64,000 nucleotides of DNA from Eledone cirrhosa (GCA_964016885.1 OZ024742.1:188170001-188234000), one strand, 5' to 3'. Counted from the stretch's first letter, positions 41,959 to 55,174 are shown. The notes: generated by a model not told the origin, from the sequence alone. Made by a program: numbers and translations.

Positions 41959-42091
41959 AAAACTCATTATTTCTGAAGACGTATGCATATTTTCTTACTA
42001 TGATAAGTTGTAATATATTTTACATAGATCAATAATAGAATGAACATACGGAGACCTAGCCCCCAGAAACGATCGTAAAATAATGAGTTTT
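41959..42091 (+). ncRNA. Hammerhead ribozyme with long stem II in PLE 3' pLTR
   Basis: Perfect 14-bp stem I AAAACTCATTATTT/AAATAATGAGTTTT. CTGAAGA at 41973, GAAA at 42066, palindromic stem III ACGATCGT. Predicted cut after 42077. Confidence 0.75.
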
Positions 42092-42275
42092 ACTATGAAT
42101 TACCCGTATTTTGTTTAATTTCATTGTTTTCACTATTTGTATTTTTGACTCTGTATCCAATGAATTATATCGTTCAAATTTTGTATTTTAAACTTTGCTT
42201 GACGACATTTTCAACATACGGATTACATTAAGTTCTTCATACGGCTTATACCCTACCATTAATTGGTGGATTTAG

Positions 42276-42326
<51 letters not shown>

Positions 42327-42329
<3 letters not shown>

Positions 42330-42795
42330 TGTTTTGCTTCGGAAGGGTCTTGCCGCCAATAAAAATACATACCCCTGTTCATTTCAATTTACTATCAATT
42401 TCTGGTTGGATGGTTGGTTAGATAACCGGAAGTGTGTTTATATATTGTCAAAGCTCTTTCGTCATACACTCTGTGACCACTTCAGTGACTAGATTTTTAT
42501 TGTGTGTCTCTCATTTGTTCTGTTCTAGACCTACAAGAGGGTGTAGGACAGAAGAAAAGAGGGACACAAAATAAAAGCATGTCATTGAGGAGGTCACATA
42601 ATGTGGGACGAAAGAACTTTGACAATATATAAACAACCTTCCGTTAGTTTTCGAAGCAACCAACCAACAGGAAACTTATAATAAATTAAAGTGAAAACCG
42701 ACAGATGCATGCGTTTTTGTTGGCAGCATGACCCTCCCAAAGTATAGCAATATCTGTTTCTGTTTTCAGTCAAACAAATTCAAAATCGAAGTGTT
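42327..42795 (+). mobile_element. Family A fold-back element (older copy)
   Basis: Diverged inverted arms with decayed hammerheads at 42447-42490 (-) and 42581-42623 (+). Confidence 0.7.
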
Positions 42796-42821
42796 TATAT
42801 ATATATATATATATATTGTAT

Positions 42822-43150
42822 ACGTTACTCGATAAAGTGCATAGCTCGGAGATCAGAGAGTAACTCCAGGTAGAGCCGCTACTTCTCCGAATTGTGAGAT
42901 CACAGCTACGATACTATAGACATGTGGTTAGAATGTCTCCGGGAAAAATCGCTGGATAAATTTAACGTGCAAAACCATCCGACACCAGACACAGGGTTAG
43001 ATCCCGAGGAAGATGTTTGGATAACAACCAGCAGCTTGAATGGTTTCGCTGGGGTATCCAGCCGGGTCAGTTGGAGGGTGTGTTTGAGGCTTCTGCCCGA
43101 CCACCCACTTAGGAATAAGTGGGCGACAAGGAAAAAAGGAAGAAGAGCTT
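42822..43150 (+). pseudogene. RTE-clade (Expander/Rex3-like) LINE 3' fragment
   Basis: Hand translation TLLDKVHSSEIRE*LQVEPLLLRIVRSQLRYYRHVVRMSPG resembles the RTE C-terminal VEPLLL.IERSQLRWFGH..RM motif. Confidence 0.7.
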
Positions 43151-43311
43151 AACGCAATTGTTGTAATTTAGCACCATGAAATTCAAGTCTACTATTTCAG
43201 AACACGACTGGGGTTGATTTGTAACTTCGCTGCTATTTTTAACAATTCCTCTGACTACATAGATGCTGGTAGGTTTGATTGTCGCCTATAAACGGGATTA
43301 TCGTAATATAA

Positions 43312-43445
43312 TTGTTTCTACTTTAGGCACAAGGCCAGCAATTAGCCAGTACATTACTGGTACTTTATTTTATCGACCCCGTAAGGATGAAGGGCAAAGT
43401 TAACCTCGGCAGGATTTGAACTCAGATCGTAAAGGGACATAATAT
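43312..43445 (-). mobile_element. Main-family SINE, 5'-truncated
   Basis: Matches the SINE consensus motifs. Confidence 0.75.
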
Positions 43446-43815
43446 AATGTTGTACAATGAGAAGAGGCGATATGGGCGTGTATATTCCTTAACGAACAAT
43501 ATACTCTCTGAAAGATAAAAGTTTCGCGTGTTTGCAAGTAATGAAATATTTACTTCAGTAGCAGCATCAAAAGGCGTCATAGAAGACACGTAACGAACAC
43601 AGTCAAACAGTAGAGATTATAATACCAATAATACGCAATGTTCATGTAATTCATGATGCGTCGGCCATCAATCGGACACGAAACTTCAAATAACATTCAC
43701 AGGAAGCTGTTCTATTGTTCAGCCAAAGTTTATTATGTGAGTACATGTTAGCCGAGGAATATCTCCATAATATATAGGAAAATATGAAACGAAACATATG
43801 TATATACACTCAATA

Positions 43816-43903
<88 letters not shown>

Positions 43904-44559
43904 ATGATTCTTAATATATAAAATCAAATACATGTATACGAAACTTCATATTTTTTTCAGTACATATATATTTAGAAATATATATATATATATGGGTGTG
44001 TGTGTGTGTTTGTGACTCTGTTTCCGAGTATATATTTGCGTGTTTATGCATTTTTAATGACTCAGTAGAGGAAAAATATGATTATGTTCAAGAAAAAGGG
44101 GGCAGATGCAGATTAAGTAAAAGTCCTTGATGCAGCTTATGAATTGTTGGTTAAAAAGATCACAGGCTAGAACACGCATGCACACATAACTATAAACCAT
44201 TAAAATTAATCACAGAGGAATCGTAGTTGTGTATGACATATGGAAGTTAAACATTCACAGACTGGCACATACGCTAGACAGAAATAGAAAAAGTAAAAGA
44301 AAAAGACAATAATGACTAGCGGCTTCACACTCGTTACACTTGCTAGAAGTAACACAGAGTAACAATCACAGAGCATTCATTGTTTTATAGAGTATTACCT
44401 CGTGATCGTTGTCTAAAGCATTGTTTGAAAGACTTCGCAATATACTGTCATTAAATGAAACCAGGCTTGAGCCAATACTGACCCAAAATTTCAACGTTAT
44501 ATATGTACTCACATACATTCATTTATACACAACTATATAAACACACACACACACACACA

Positions 44560-44653
<94 letters not shown>

Positions 44654-45789
44654 GACACACATATATATATATATATCTGTGTGTCTGTGTTTGTGCGTAT
44701 GTATTACTATCGATTTAGTGTTGTAAAGTAGCACGCTCCTCTAAGACGATTTTTGGGGAAGTTAGATCTGCGACACGTAACTCTAACCTCAGGTCAACGG
44801 AATGTTGCGTTGAAATTCGAATTCATGTATTGTTCTAAAAGCCGTATAATGTACTTGGTTTATTTTATTTGGATTATTGATATTCGATTGCCCCTAGCTG
44901 GAAATAATAGAGGTATTTATAGGTCTTTGTAAACTAAACGTTACTTATCAAAATCGTTATGGTTTCTTAAGTATTTACAGAAATTGCCGTTCTATTTCTG
45001 TTAAGAACCAAAATGGTTTCAAGACGTTTCTGTATATTTCATAAGTTCATAAGGCGGACATAAATATATATTATACGTATTTCCTTGGGTTCATTTCTGA
45101 TGAGAGAATGCGATAATGGCCAACGCCACTTGTACAGAGATATGAACAATTTTTGTGAGAAAAGAATAATGATTGAAATGCATAAAAAAATATTGTTTTA
45201 TGTTTGATTTTGTTTTCTATCTTCGAAGAAAAGAGTTAAGTGTTTACACATCACACTGCAAAGATTTATACTTCCTAAATAGTTGTTATATCTAAATATA
45301 TCTTACATTCGTCAAATAACGCCCTGTATAAAGTCTTTCTTGCATGTTTTAGGAAACTGGCTGACGCCGTCCTTTCTTGAACAAATCATGTGCGAGATGA
45401 AAAGAATCATATCCTATAGAATGTTTATTCTTCCCCATTTTTACTAGAGAGAGTTTTTAGAATCAATGAAATTGGTGACTATGAATTGGAATGTTTTAAT
45501 TTGAAGCGAATTCATTCCATCTCATAAATCTTATAACATTTTCACGGACGACAATTCATAGAACTTTCTAAATACATTTCATTCGTCCATTTAAGCAGAT
45601 CCAGAATGAATATTTATCTATCAATATCAATTATCCCAGGACTCTCTATTCAGCCCTAACAGAGGAAGACATGAATTAATACTTCGTTCAATGAATTCCT
45701 CTTGTGCGGTAGATGCAGTCTTCGGTTTTAGATTTAATCTTGGCTCGTATACTTAATCCGTCACTTGATTGAATATCATCACGTTGTAA

Positions 45790-45960
45790 CGGTAGAAGGT
45801 CGGACGCCTTGCTTTACAGCATAGAGTTACAGCCCTTTACTTTCTGAGTTCAGATCCCGCCGACGTTAGCTTTGTCGTGTATCCTTACGGAGTCGATAAA
45901 ATATAGGACCTGTAATGTACTGGGATATCTGCTGGTCTTGTGCCAAACGTAGAAACAGTT
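45790..45960 (+). mobile_element. Main-family SINE
   Basis: Matches the SINE consensus motifs. Confidence 0.75.
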
Positions 45961-47069
45961 ATTTCTTGACTATATCAAATGACATTTACAGGTGGGACCT
46001 CTTCCAGTTTCATAGGTGTTTTAATGATACGTGCTTAGACGTGTCATGAAAAACAACGGCAAATGAAATGTCCTCTTCAAGAACACAACTCGCCTCTCAG
46101 TCCAGCAGTTGATCTCACTAATATATTATCATATGTCAAACAACGAACCCATACGTCACGCGTCCACCGGGTGGGCTTTGGGTGTATTTAGGGATGTCCT
46201 GTTTGTTGCAAGGGTTAGGGGCAGGTTTCTTGTTTCAGGAAACCTTCCACTTTCTCTGCTTTCCTCCGCCAACTTCCTCAATTCCTTTCCCTTCCGTTGC
46301 CAAACGTTAAGATGTTGTGATTTAAAAATTACAGAAATGCTGTCTGAGTGTGTCAAATACTAGAGCAGCCAATTTGTTCCTACTCAAACTTTGTACTACT
46401 TTTACTTCCTCTATAACGAAGCATTATTGTTATAAAATTTGAATTGAGCTGTATTGATGTAGATTAATTTCCTTGCTTTGAATCCACTAGTCAATATAAT
46501 GCCACATATATGAATTCTTATCTAAAATGAAACATTCTAATAAAATATTATTACCCAACACATATTATTAGTTACAAAAGCTATTATAGGCGTGATAAAA
46601 CATGAATGCCGTCGTTCTCCGTTTCAGGAATATGTGATTATATCTATTCATCTGTACACTATGGTAATCTAAGTCCCTATCCACTCTTTACCTGTTTAAC
46701 ATATTCCCTTTCATTGTATTTAATTATCACTGCCTTTCAAAGTATAATTTTTAAAGCTTGAATTGAAAACCATTGTTATTCATATCATTTTCATCGTTGA
46801 GGTAGAAATGATAGTATTAATAATAAAATAGTAACGATAATAATAATCGTTTCTGATTTAGGCACAAGGCCAACAATTATGGAGAAGAATAATGATAATA
46901 TTAATGACAGAGTAAACCAAACTACTTTGGTACGCCACTATACATACGTTCCGCTGATGTGAACACAACAGATTTGATATTGTAACAATGCTCAGAAATA
47001 GGTGTGAAGTTAACATACACATAGACGTCAGCATACTCAATAGAAATGTATAAACTTAACACAATATAC

Positions 47070-47290
47070 TGACTTGAAGATCAAAATGGAAGGAATATGT
47101 TCAATACCTCCTAAAGAAATCAAAGATAATTCCGGTTGCTATCCGGAGATTTAGTCTGCGTACCACTAAAAGTTGAAAGGATAGCTGAAGGAAATATATC
47201 TCGAATCACAAGACTGTCTTCTTGGGAACTGCTGATTTACTCATGAAAATACTGAACAACTAAGAGCCTTGTTGAGACACGCCAGGCAGT
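47070..47290 (+). pseudogene. Old R4/Dong-type 3' fragment
   Basis: KIIPVAI... and HKTVFLGTADLLMKILNN* resemble the RLE-LINE terminus VVPIVIGALG..QKACLLGTARTLRYVLNI*. Confidence 0.5.
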
Positions 47291-47810
47291 AGAATATTAT
47301 GTACTTGTATTTACTGCACAAACAAACAATTCTGTACAAGTACACCATAGTCACCACCACGACGACCACGACCAACATCATCATCCTCATCATTATTACC
47401 ACCACCACCCTTCTTCTTCTTTTTCTTCTACTTCTTCTTCTTCTTGTTCTTCTTCTTCTTCTTCTCCTTCTTCTTCTCACCCCCTCCTCCTCCCCCTCCT
47501 CCCCCTCATCCCCCTCCTTATTCTTATTCTCCTTCTTCATCTTCTTCTATGAATATTATTACTATTTATATTTATTGTTATTGTCATATGTAAATTTACT
47601 TCCCTCTACTTGAAATGAACCTGACTTTTGGGGTTTTTTTTCGTCCTTATCCAATCCTCAAAGTCCTGTGCCATTTTGGCAAACAAAATTTATCAATATT
47701 ACCATCGGTGTTGTTAATATTATTATTATTATTGTTCTTTGTGTCTCACTCATTGATGTTAGTTAACTGGAAAGTTTGTTGAAATGAATAGCAAGCCACT
47801 ACCTGCAGCC

Positions 47811-49493
47811 TCAGATATTCAGGACGTATCGGAGGGTTCTTGCTGTTCCTAGCAAGCATGCCTTTTGAAGCGTTCCAAAAAGCGTGAAGGGGCCAATTTT
47901 CGTTAACCATCCCTGGAAACTTTTTGAGATAGTACCTAGTGCGCCTATGACAATCGGGACCACTTTGACTTCATGGCAGTTCCAAATCCTTTTTACCTCC
48001 CACTTTAAGTCCTGGTATCGGTTAATTTTCTCCCTCTCCTTCTCTTGCATTCTCCTGTCGAATGGGCAGGCCACATCCACAATCAGGCACGATCTTTTTT
48101 CCTTGTCCAAAACCGCCAGGTCAGGTCTATTGAGGGCCTGCTCTTGCGCAGCCGCTAACATTCCTTCTGTAGCCTTTTTAAGGTCTCCTCTTTTCAACCA
48201 GTTCCATGTCTGTGGATCTCTTAATTCAGTTTTCTCAACGAAGGTACTATGAAGGGATTTTTCATGAAGTGTGATCTTTCTCCTTGTTGTTATTTCCTCC
48301 TTGCACATCCCCTGGTCTATTGTTCTCTCCTTCAGTACAGTTCTGAGCATTGGCTCCTTACTATCAGTCACGTATTTGTGTAGGTTGTTTTTCTCCATCT
48401 GAACACAGTCCCCTATGCTGATAAGACCTCTTCCACCTTCAGATCTCCTTAAGTAGAGTCTATCGACATCACTCCTCTTGTGGAACATGTTGTAGATAGT
48501 CAATAGCTTCCTAGTCTTCCTATCCATTTCTTTTTGTTCAGCAACATTCCATCTCAGAATTCCCGCACTGTACCTAATAATAGACACAACTCGGGAATTT
48601 ACTGCACTTATGGCATTCCTACTGTTCAGATGTGTCTTTAATACGCTCCTTACTCTCCGAATGTATTCAGATCTTCTCAATTCCTTCATTGTTTTATTCT
48701 TGATGTCATCAGCCTCCAGAACACCTAAATACTTGTATCCTTCTTCAGTGTCAATTTCCTTTATCATCTCACCTGTTGGTACCTGGATTCCGTTGCTTCT
48801 GCTCAATTTACCCCTCTTCATCACAAGGACCCCACACTTACTAATACCAAATTGCATACATATATCATTGCTGAAAATACGGACAGTGTCAACAAGCACA
48901 TCCAACTCCTTCTCACTCTTCCCGAAGAGCTTAAGATCGTCCATGAAGAGGAGGTGATTGATGGTAAGCTCTCCCTTTCCCAACTTGTATCCTGCTCTCA
49001 CTATTCGCAGTATAATGGTCAGGGGCATCAGGGCAAGGACAAACAACAGAGGGGACAGACTATCTCCCTGGAAGATACCTCTCTTGATCTTCACGCCTCC
49101 CAAGGATTCTCCAGCTGATGTTAACTCTGTTTTCCAGGACTTCATACTTTTGCCCAACAACTCTCTGATGTTATCTGCCACCTTGAAGATCTCTAGGCTT
49201 TTGGTGATCCAAGAATGAGGCACCATGGCAAATGCCTTTTTGTAGTCTATCCATCCCATGACAAGACCAGTGTTTCTCCTCTTGCAATTCCTCATTACCA
49301 TCTTATCAATAAGTAACTGGTCCTTTGTACTACGGGACTTATTTCGGCATCCTTTCTGTTCGTATTGTAACAAGTTGTTTGTGTGGAGGTGATGGTAGTT
49401 TTCCTCAGACATAATGCTTGTCAACAGTTTCCACATTACAGACAGACATGGTCTATAGTTGGTAACATCATTACCCTTGATTCGGTCTTTCAT
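47811..49493 (-). pseudogene. RT-RLE open segment (560 aa) of the Dong-like element
   Basis: EQKGCR, DQLLID, WIDYKKAF, RGIFQGDSLSPLLF, HLLFMDDLKLF, YKYLG, RPDL..IVDVACP, VVPIVIGALG. The CCHC/RHD segment is absent. Confidence 0.9.
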
Positions 49494-50002
49494 TACCAGA
49501 ACTGTGGTACCTCACCTGAAATCAAGCAGTCATTGAACATGGTTGTCAGTTTCGGTTGGAGGGATGTTATATTTTTAATCCAATACCCCTGCACACCATC
49601 TGGGCATGGTGATTTCCAGTTGGTTAGTTTTTTTGGCCTGCCCCTTAAGAGTTTCAACTGTGATACTCAAATCAGTTTGTTGGTGTGCCTGTTCACTAAT
49701 CTCCGTTTGTACTGTCTCAATCCACACTGCCTGGTCATTATGTTGAACATCCTGCTCCCATATTCACAGAATGTTTTAGTTTGTTCCGCCTCAGGGATCA
49801 AGTCGTTGCCTCTTTCTTTCCCTTTAAGCTGTCCAAACAGCATCTTCTGGTTGTTGTCAAACATGCGGTTCTGTCTATACTGACTGACTCTGCTCTCGTA
49901 TCGCCTAATTTGTGCACGTTTGCTACAATGCGTTGCTTCAGTTCCTCTATGATAATATTTAGCTTTTTCCTTTTAGTTTTGTACTTTATTTCGAGTCTAT
50001 TT

Positions 50003-50868
50003 TTAGTGTCTATGTTTTTTTAGTGTCCCATTCAGTAGGGATTCAAGCTTTCTAATGTCATTTCTTATTTCCCTGATTTGACCATTCAGTCGTTTCTTCC
50101 ACCAAGGCTCTGATATTTCTTGTTTGTTCTTTCCTCTCGCTTTTATACCAAGTAATTTCCTCACCGCATTTGCTGTTGCTTTGAGGATATCGTTGCACTG
50201 GTGAAGGCTCCTCACCTCAATGTATGGGATGACTTTGTTTACCTTAGCTGTTGTTTCCTTTAACTTTTTCCTGTCTACAAATCTTAGGTTTATAGGTTTC
50301 CCACTATCGTTGTTCAATTCATCTACCACTAAGTTTAGGATATCAACCAAATCCTGTCCTAGCCCGTCAGCATTCATCTCCTCAATGGCCGTATCTTTCT
50401 TCCAGGTATTATTTATTTCAACATTCAGATCATTGTCTGCTTCGGATGGTTCCTCCGTTCTCTCAACCTCTTCACCTTCATTTCCCACTGGCTCGTTTGC
50501 TTGCATACTCCACTCTCCATTTCCAAGCTAATCTCTCTGCTCAGTTCCTCCAGTTCCAGCTCGCTTATCCAACCATTAGTTCTTATTACCCGAGCCTGCC
50601 CGGCCAATTTTTGTTCATCTAATTTAAATAGACCAATCTCATTCCAGATGTTATGCATCCGTTTCTTATAGCCTTTCTCCTTTGTGTTACTCTTCAGGTA
50701 ACATTGCATAACAGTTCTATTCAATTCTTTCGTCCAGTTGGTTCTGGTCCCTTTCCTTCTTCTTCTTCCTCCGACACCAGCAGTATTTGGTTGACAGCCA
50801 GGTCCCTGATGCTGAGCCAGGGAGCAACTGCTGGGTGAGAGTCTGTCACATGACATTCTAGTCTCCAC
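50003..50868 (-). pseudogene. N-terminal part of the Dong-like ORF
   Basis: RTNWTKELNRTVMQCY..GYKKRMHNIW..EQKLAGQARVIRTNGWISELEL and EPWWKKRL are typical of R4/Dong N-termini. Confidence 0.75.
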
Positions 50869-50939
50869 TTCACCGTTATTCTAACTGTTTAGGTTCGACA
50901 TTTAAACACTCATATCGAGGATTCGTGAATGTAAGGTTA

Positions 50940-50993
50940 CATAACCACCGGTGATTTCATGACCTCCGGTTATTTCATCACTCCCGGTGATTT
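50940..50993. repeat. Three 18-bp tandem repeats in the Dong 5' UTR
   Basis: CATAACCACCGGTGATTT / CATGACCTCCGGTTATTT / CATCACTCCCGGTGATTT. Confidence 0.8.
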
Positions 50994-51108
50994 TTGTGTG
51001 GCACTATCACGCTGTAGACGAACATAAATAAACAAACAAACAAATAGGCAAAAAAAATAAAAAAATAATAATAATAATAATAATTATTATTATTATTATT
51101 ATTGTTGT

Positions 51109-51238
51109 TATTCCTTGAATCTCAGTCATTGATGTTGGTTAACTGGAAAGTCCGTTGGATTGAATATCAAGCCACTACCTGCAGCCTCAGATATTCAGGA
51201 CGTATCGGAGGGTTCTTGCTGTTCCAAGCAAGCATGCC

Positions 51239-51289
<51 letters not shown>

Positions 51290-51491
51290 GTATTGTTCTT
51301 TGAGACTCAGTCATTGATGTTAGTTAACTGGAAAGTTTGTTGAAATGAATATCAAGCCACTACCTGCAGCCTCAGATATTCAGGACATATCGGAGGGTTC
51401 TTGCTGTTCCTAGCAAGCATGCCTTTTGAAGCGTTCCAAAAAGCGTGAAGGGGCCAATTTTCTTTAACCATCCCTGGAAACTTTTTGAGAT

Positions 51492-51495
<4 letters not shown>
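51109..51495 (-). mobile_element. Two 5'-truncated 3' ends of the Dong-like element (51109-51240, 51293-51495) separated by (TAT)n
   Basis: Near-identical to 47733-47935. Confidence 0.9.
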
Positions 51496-51577
<82 letters not shown>

Positions 51578-54073
51578 CATTCCTGTTTTGTTTCAAATTC
51601 ATATTGATTAGAAAAAGAAATCAGTTGATTATTTTTTCTTATCTGAAAAATAATTCCTTTTTTATTATAAAAAAAAAATACTGTTAGCTTAGATAAGAAT
51701 ATTATTGATTGATGTAAAAATACTTTGTCTTGAAAATAAGTCAAAAGTGAATGAAAACAATGCATTGATTTTCTATATAATGTCATCTCGTATACGTAAT
51801 ATAAAACGAAATGCATTCAGTTTCCTCATTTGATATTTCACTTAAATTCAAGTGTACTTTCCTTTTGTAACTAACTCAATGGTATTCCTATATTAATATT
51901 TGTTCTTTCGTTTTTTAATGTCGTAAGTATTGATTGGAGACATAGTCGCTTCAACAAAGCATCATAGTCTAGAAAGTTTCTCTTCATTTTTAACAATTTA
52001 ATTCATTCATTTTATTCAATTCTGAGAGTATAAAACTTTATTTAAGAAGTTCTGTGTTCATTTTGCGGAGGCGGGTTCCTCAATTTAGCATGCAACTGGT
52101 TTCGATTCATAGATGTTTATATCAAGGATGTACTTTTAGAAATAGTATGAACATTTTGTATCTGATTTCAAATATTTATTAATCGTGTAGCTCCATGTTA
52201 TAATACTATTTCAGTTAAACTCATTTGTTTTACATTTGACTTCCTACTCTGGCTTCAGTCGGATAAAAGCCAGGGTTTATATTGGTTTCATTTAGTGCTT
52301 AACAACTGAGAATACGATAAATCCCTTTCACCAGGACAGTACGTGAGACTGTTGCAAGGTAAATCCAGTCTTATCCTGGGATTCAGTGAAGTAGTTTGCT
52401 TAATTAGACGGGATCAGTTTCTGGGATTCAAACCTAAAAGAATTCAAGCTGTAACAAAAATTGTGTTTTTTTTAAAGATAAAGTGTATCTCCGACAATAT
52501 CCTTTGCGTACTTTTATCGTCTTAGATGTAGAAGATTCGCCAACTTTTTCTAGAATGAAACGGTAAAGGCAAATTAGCATTATAATAAAGACATCTCAAC
52601 TCTCCCCGTCTGATAGGGGCATCTCCCTATTTGGCTCATTTCATCCCGTCTCCCCTTTTTGTGAAAATGAGTATAGCTTTCATTATGTAACATTTTCCAC
52701 ACGCGAGCAATATTTTCAATGGAATGTTTTAGTTCAATTCACTAGTGTTGTTAGTATTTTCTATTGGCCTTAAAAACAAACATATTTCATAATACCACAA
52801 CGTTACATTATGAGAACAATGAGATCATAGTTCTCCTCATTCTGATCCTTCATCCGCTCTAATTATGAAATCATATATTTGTCATTTTTTATTGACGAAC
52901 CTTGTTTTCGTATATGTGAGGAAAATATGAAATAAATTTAAAAACAAATTCACAAATTATAATCAAATATTAGCAATTCAATCCTGACTAAAGGAAAATA
53001 AAATGAAATATATTATTTTTTTTCTTTTTATTAGTCTGGCCAGAAATGTGGTGTTGCAACAATAGTATGTTACATTAGTTAATTCACTCTGTTGATATGC
53101 TGTTTGCTATCTAATCCATTAGTTTGGTCAAATGATATATGAGAACGTGCTGCTGGTACCTGTTCTCTGTACCCTCGTAGTCGTTGTAGCAGCATACAAT
53201 AAACAGTCGACTATAATCTCTGCTTTTCCTCACTTCAAATATTAACCTGACATTCATCGAAACAAAATCAATACAACATGTATGTACGAATGAAATACTA
53301 GATTATTTCAGAAACGATTCTCATTCTACCACAGTTTCCCCGAACCGTTTTGGATTATAGAGAATATATATCGCACCTCCATCTCCGTATACTATATCAT
53401 GTCCACCAGTAGGGCTATTGAATTTACCCGATACACCAGGAACGGGAGGGGGGGAGTTACATCCACATTGGGAATCACTGTTCTACACCTTATAAATATT
53501 CAATTTAACTCTATATCAAATATATGCTTTCTGCTGATTCTTTACATTTCTATGATATGTTTATTATTTTACTCAGATTGTAGTCCTGTTCTCTTAGGAA
53601 TAACTGTTTTGATGAGAGTGTTGATAATGGAATAAAGATTTAAAACGATTCTGAAAAGTTTTGTTTGTATAAAGTACGTAAGTGTTTGCATGTTGATACC
53701 AATTAAGATTACTCTGATTCCTGAAAGAAAAATTTGATCTATCTAACGTTAACACACACACCCACACATACACACATACACACAAATATATAACGTAATA
53801 CACACATAAACGCGCGCACAAACACGCCACAAACACACGTGCGCGGACTCACCCTCAAACGCCCCCCCCCCCCCCCCCCCACAACACACACACAAATACA
53901 CACGCACACCCACAGGCCCCCCACACACTGTGTTCCTGAAGGTGCGGCTTCCGTATTGCGGCAATCTAATGAATAAGGCAATTGGAATATCTAATTAAAA
54001 AAAAATATTTAGCTTAAGGATTTGGGATGAATTTCAATATACAATATATCTCCGTGAATCATTTAGTTCCGTA

Positions 54074-54116
<43 letters not shown>

Positions 54117-54120
<4 letters not shown>

Positions 54121-54318
54121 GGATGTGAGTTTTATTGTAGTACAATAATGTTGATTTAAAACTGCACTATTCACAAGTGTTTTTTAAACTTCATATCATG
54201 TCTCCCTATTTTATCTGACGAAAACGCAAATGTCATCGCATGATGATATTGGTTTTTGAAATGCGCATAATAAAATACATGAAACTCTTTTAACCATCTT
54301 TTGATCTTATATATTATA
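54117..54318 (-). mobile_element. Family B element, with hammerhead at 54207-54277 (+)
   Basis: TATTTTAT-CTGACGA-..-GAAA-TGCGCA-TA-ATAAAATA. The reverse-complement tail is at 54117-54148. Confidence 0.75.
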
Positions 54319-54330
54319 TATATATATATA

Positions 54331-54484
54331 TAAAAAGATGAAATCGAAAATGTAACTGGAGTCTTATTTTTAAAAAATTAAGACTGCAGTTACATCTTCG
54401 ATTTCATCTTTTTTTCTTTATACTTTCACTCGTGAAGGACACCTCGGTTATTTTTCATTTTGTAAAAGAAAACTCACTTTCTAA
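54331..54484 (+). mobile_element. Short fold-back + tail insert in (TA)n, family F
   Basis: Hairpin AAAAGATGAAATCGAA..GTAACTG.AGTCTTA / TAAGACTGCAGTTACATCTTCGATTTCATCTTTT followed by an unpaired tail. Confidence 0.55.
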
Positions 54485-54485
54485 T

Positions 54486-54558
<73 letters not shown>

Positions 54559-54630
54559 ATATTCATGAATCTACAATAAAAATGATTAATTGAAAATTCG
54601 ACATTTCAATGATATCATTGTTTGTTCTCT

Positions 54631-54716
54631 TTCTAACTCTCTTATTTTCTATTTTCAGGTAAGTTTCAAATTAATCAGAATTGATCACCTGAAATCCTAT
54701 ACGTGGTAAAGTAAGA
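54631..54716 (+). promoter_or_regulatory. Candidate recursive splice site with 52-nt cryptic exon
   Basis: Branch-like CTAAC, polypyrimidine tract, TTTTCAG|GTAAGT at 54658/54659, and a second donor AAA|GTAAGA at 54711. Confidence 0.45.
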
Positions 54717-54951
54717 TATATTTATATTATTAAATTTCTGTTGTATATCATGTCATCCAGGTCCACCTAATAATGGAATATTAGTGTACAAAGGATTGAT
54801 TTGTGTGGTTTATTTATTTATGTGAATGTATTATATTTTAGGCTCCATTGAAAATCTTGCTGTGTTGTTCTGAAAAGGATACAATTTACATGTTTGTAAT
54901 AACACAAAACGTGAGCGTGTGATTTTCAAGTAACTATATTCTAAAAAGAAT

Positions 54952-55028
<77 letters not shown>

Positions 55029-55092
55029 CTCTGTGAGAGCATCGACTGCTCAAACGGCCTACCGCTTACGGACGCTTTAAGAATCACACACC

Positions 55093-55154
<62 letters not shown>

Positions 55155-55174
55155 CACTATTAACGAGGATCACT

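Larger units (their letters stand above)
47733..51025 (-). mobile_element. R4/Dong-clade non-LTR retrotransposon (RT + restriction-like endonuclease) in (TAA)n
   Basis: Single-ORF layout, frameshifted upstream of 49493. Flanked by (TAT)n/(AAT)n. Confidence 0.88.

Noticed and set aside
45096-45130. Isolated CTGATGAG
   Set aside because: No stem II, GAAA or stem I follows.
46156-46356. 66-aa minus-strand ORF in a GC-richer patch
   Set aside because: No recognisable domain and no convincing splice sites.
47884-49883. Plus-strand ORFs over the Dong RT, and likewise over the Tx1 element
   Set aside because: They are antisense shadows of retroelement coding sequence.
51102-51577. Repeat-spacer pattern resembling a CRISPR array
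   Set aside because: The units are LINE 3' ends separated by (TAT)n in eukaryotic DNA, and no cas genes are present.
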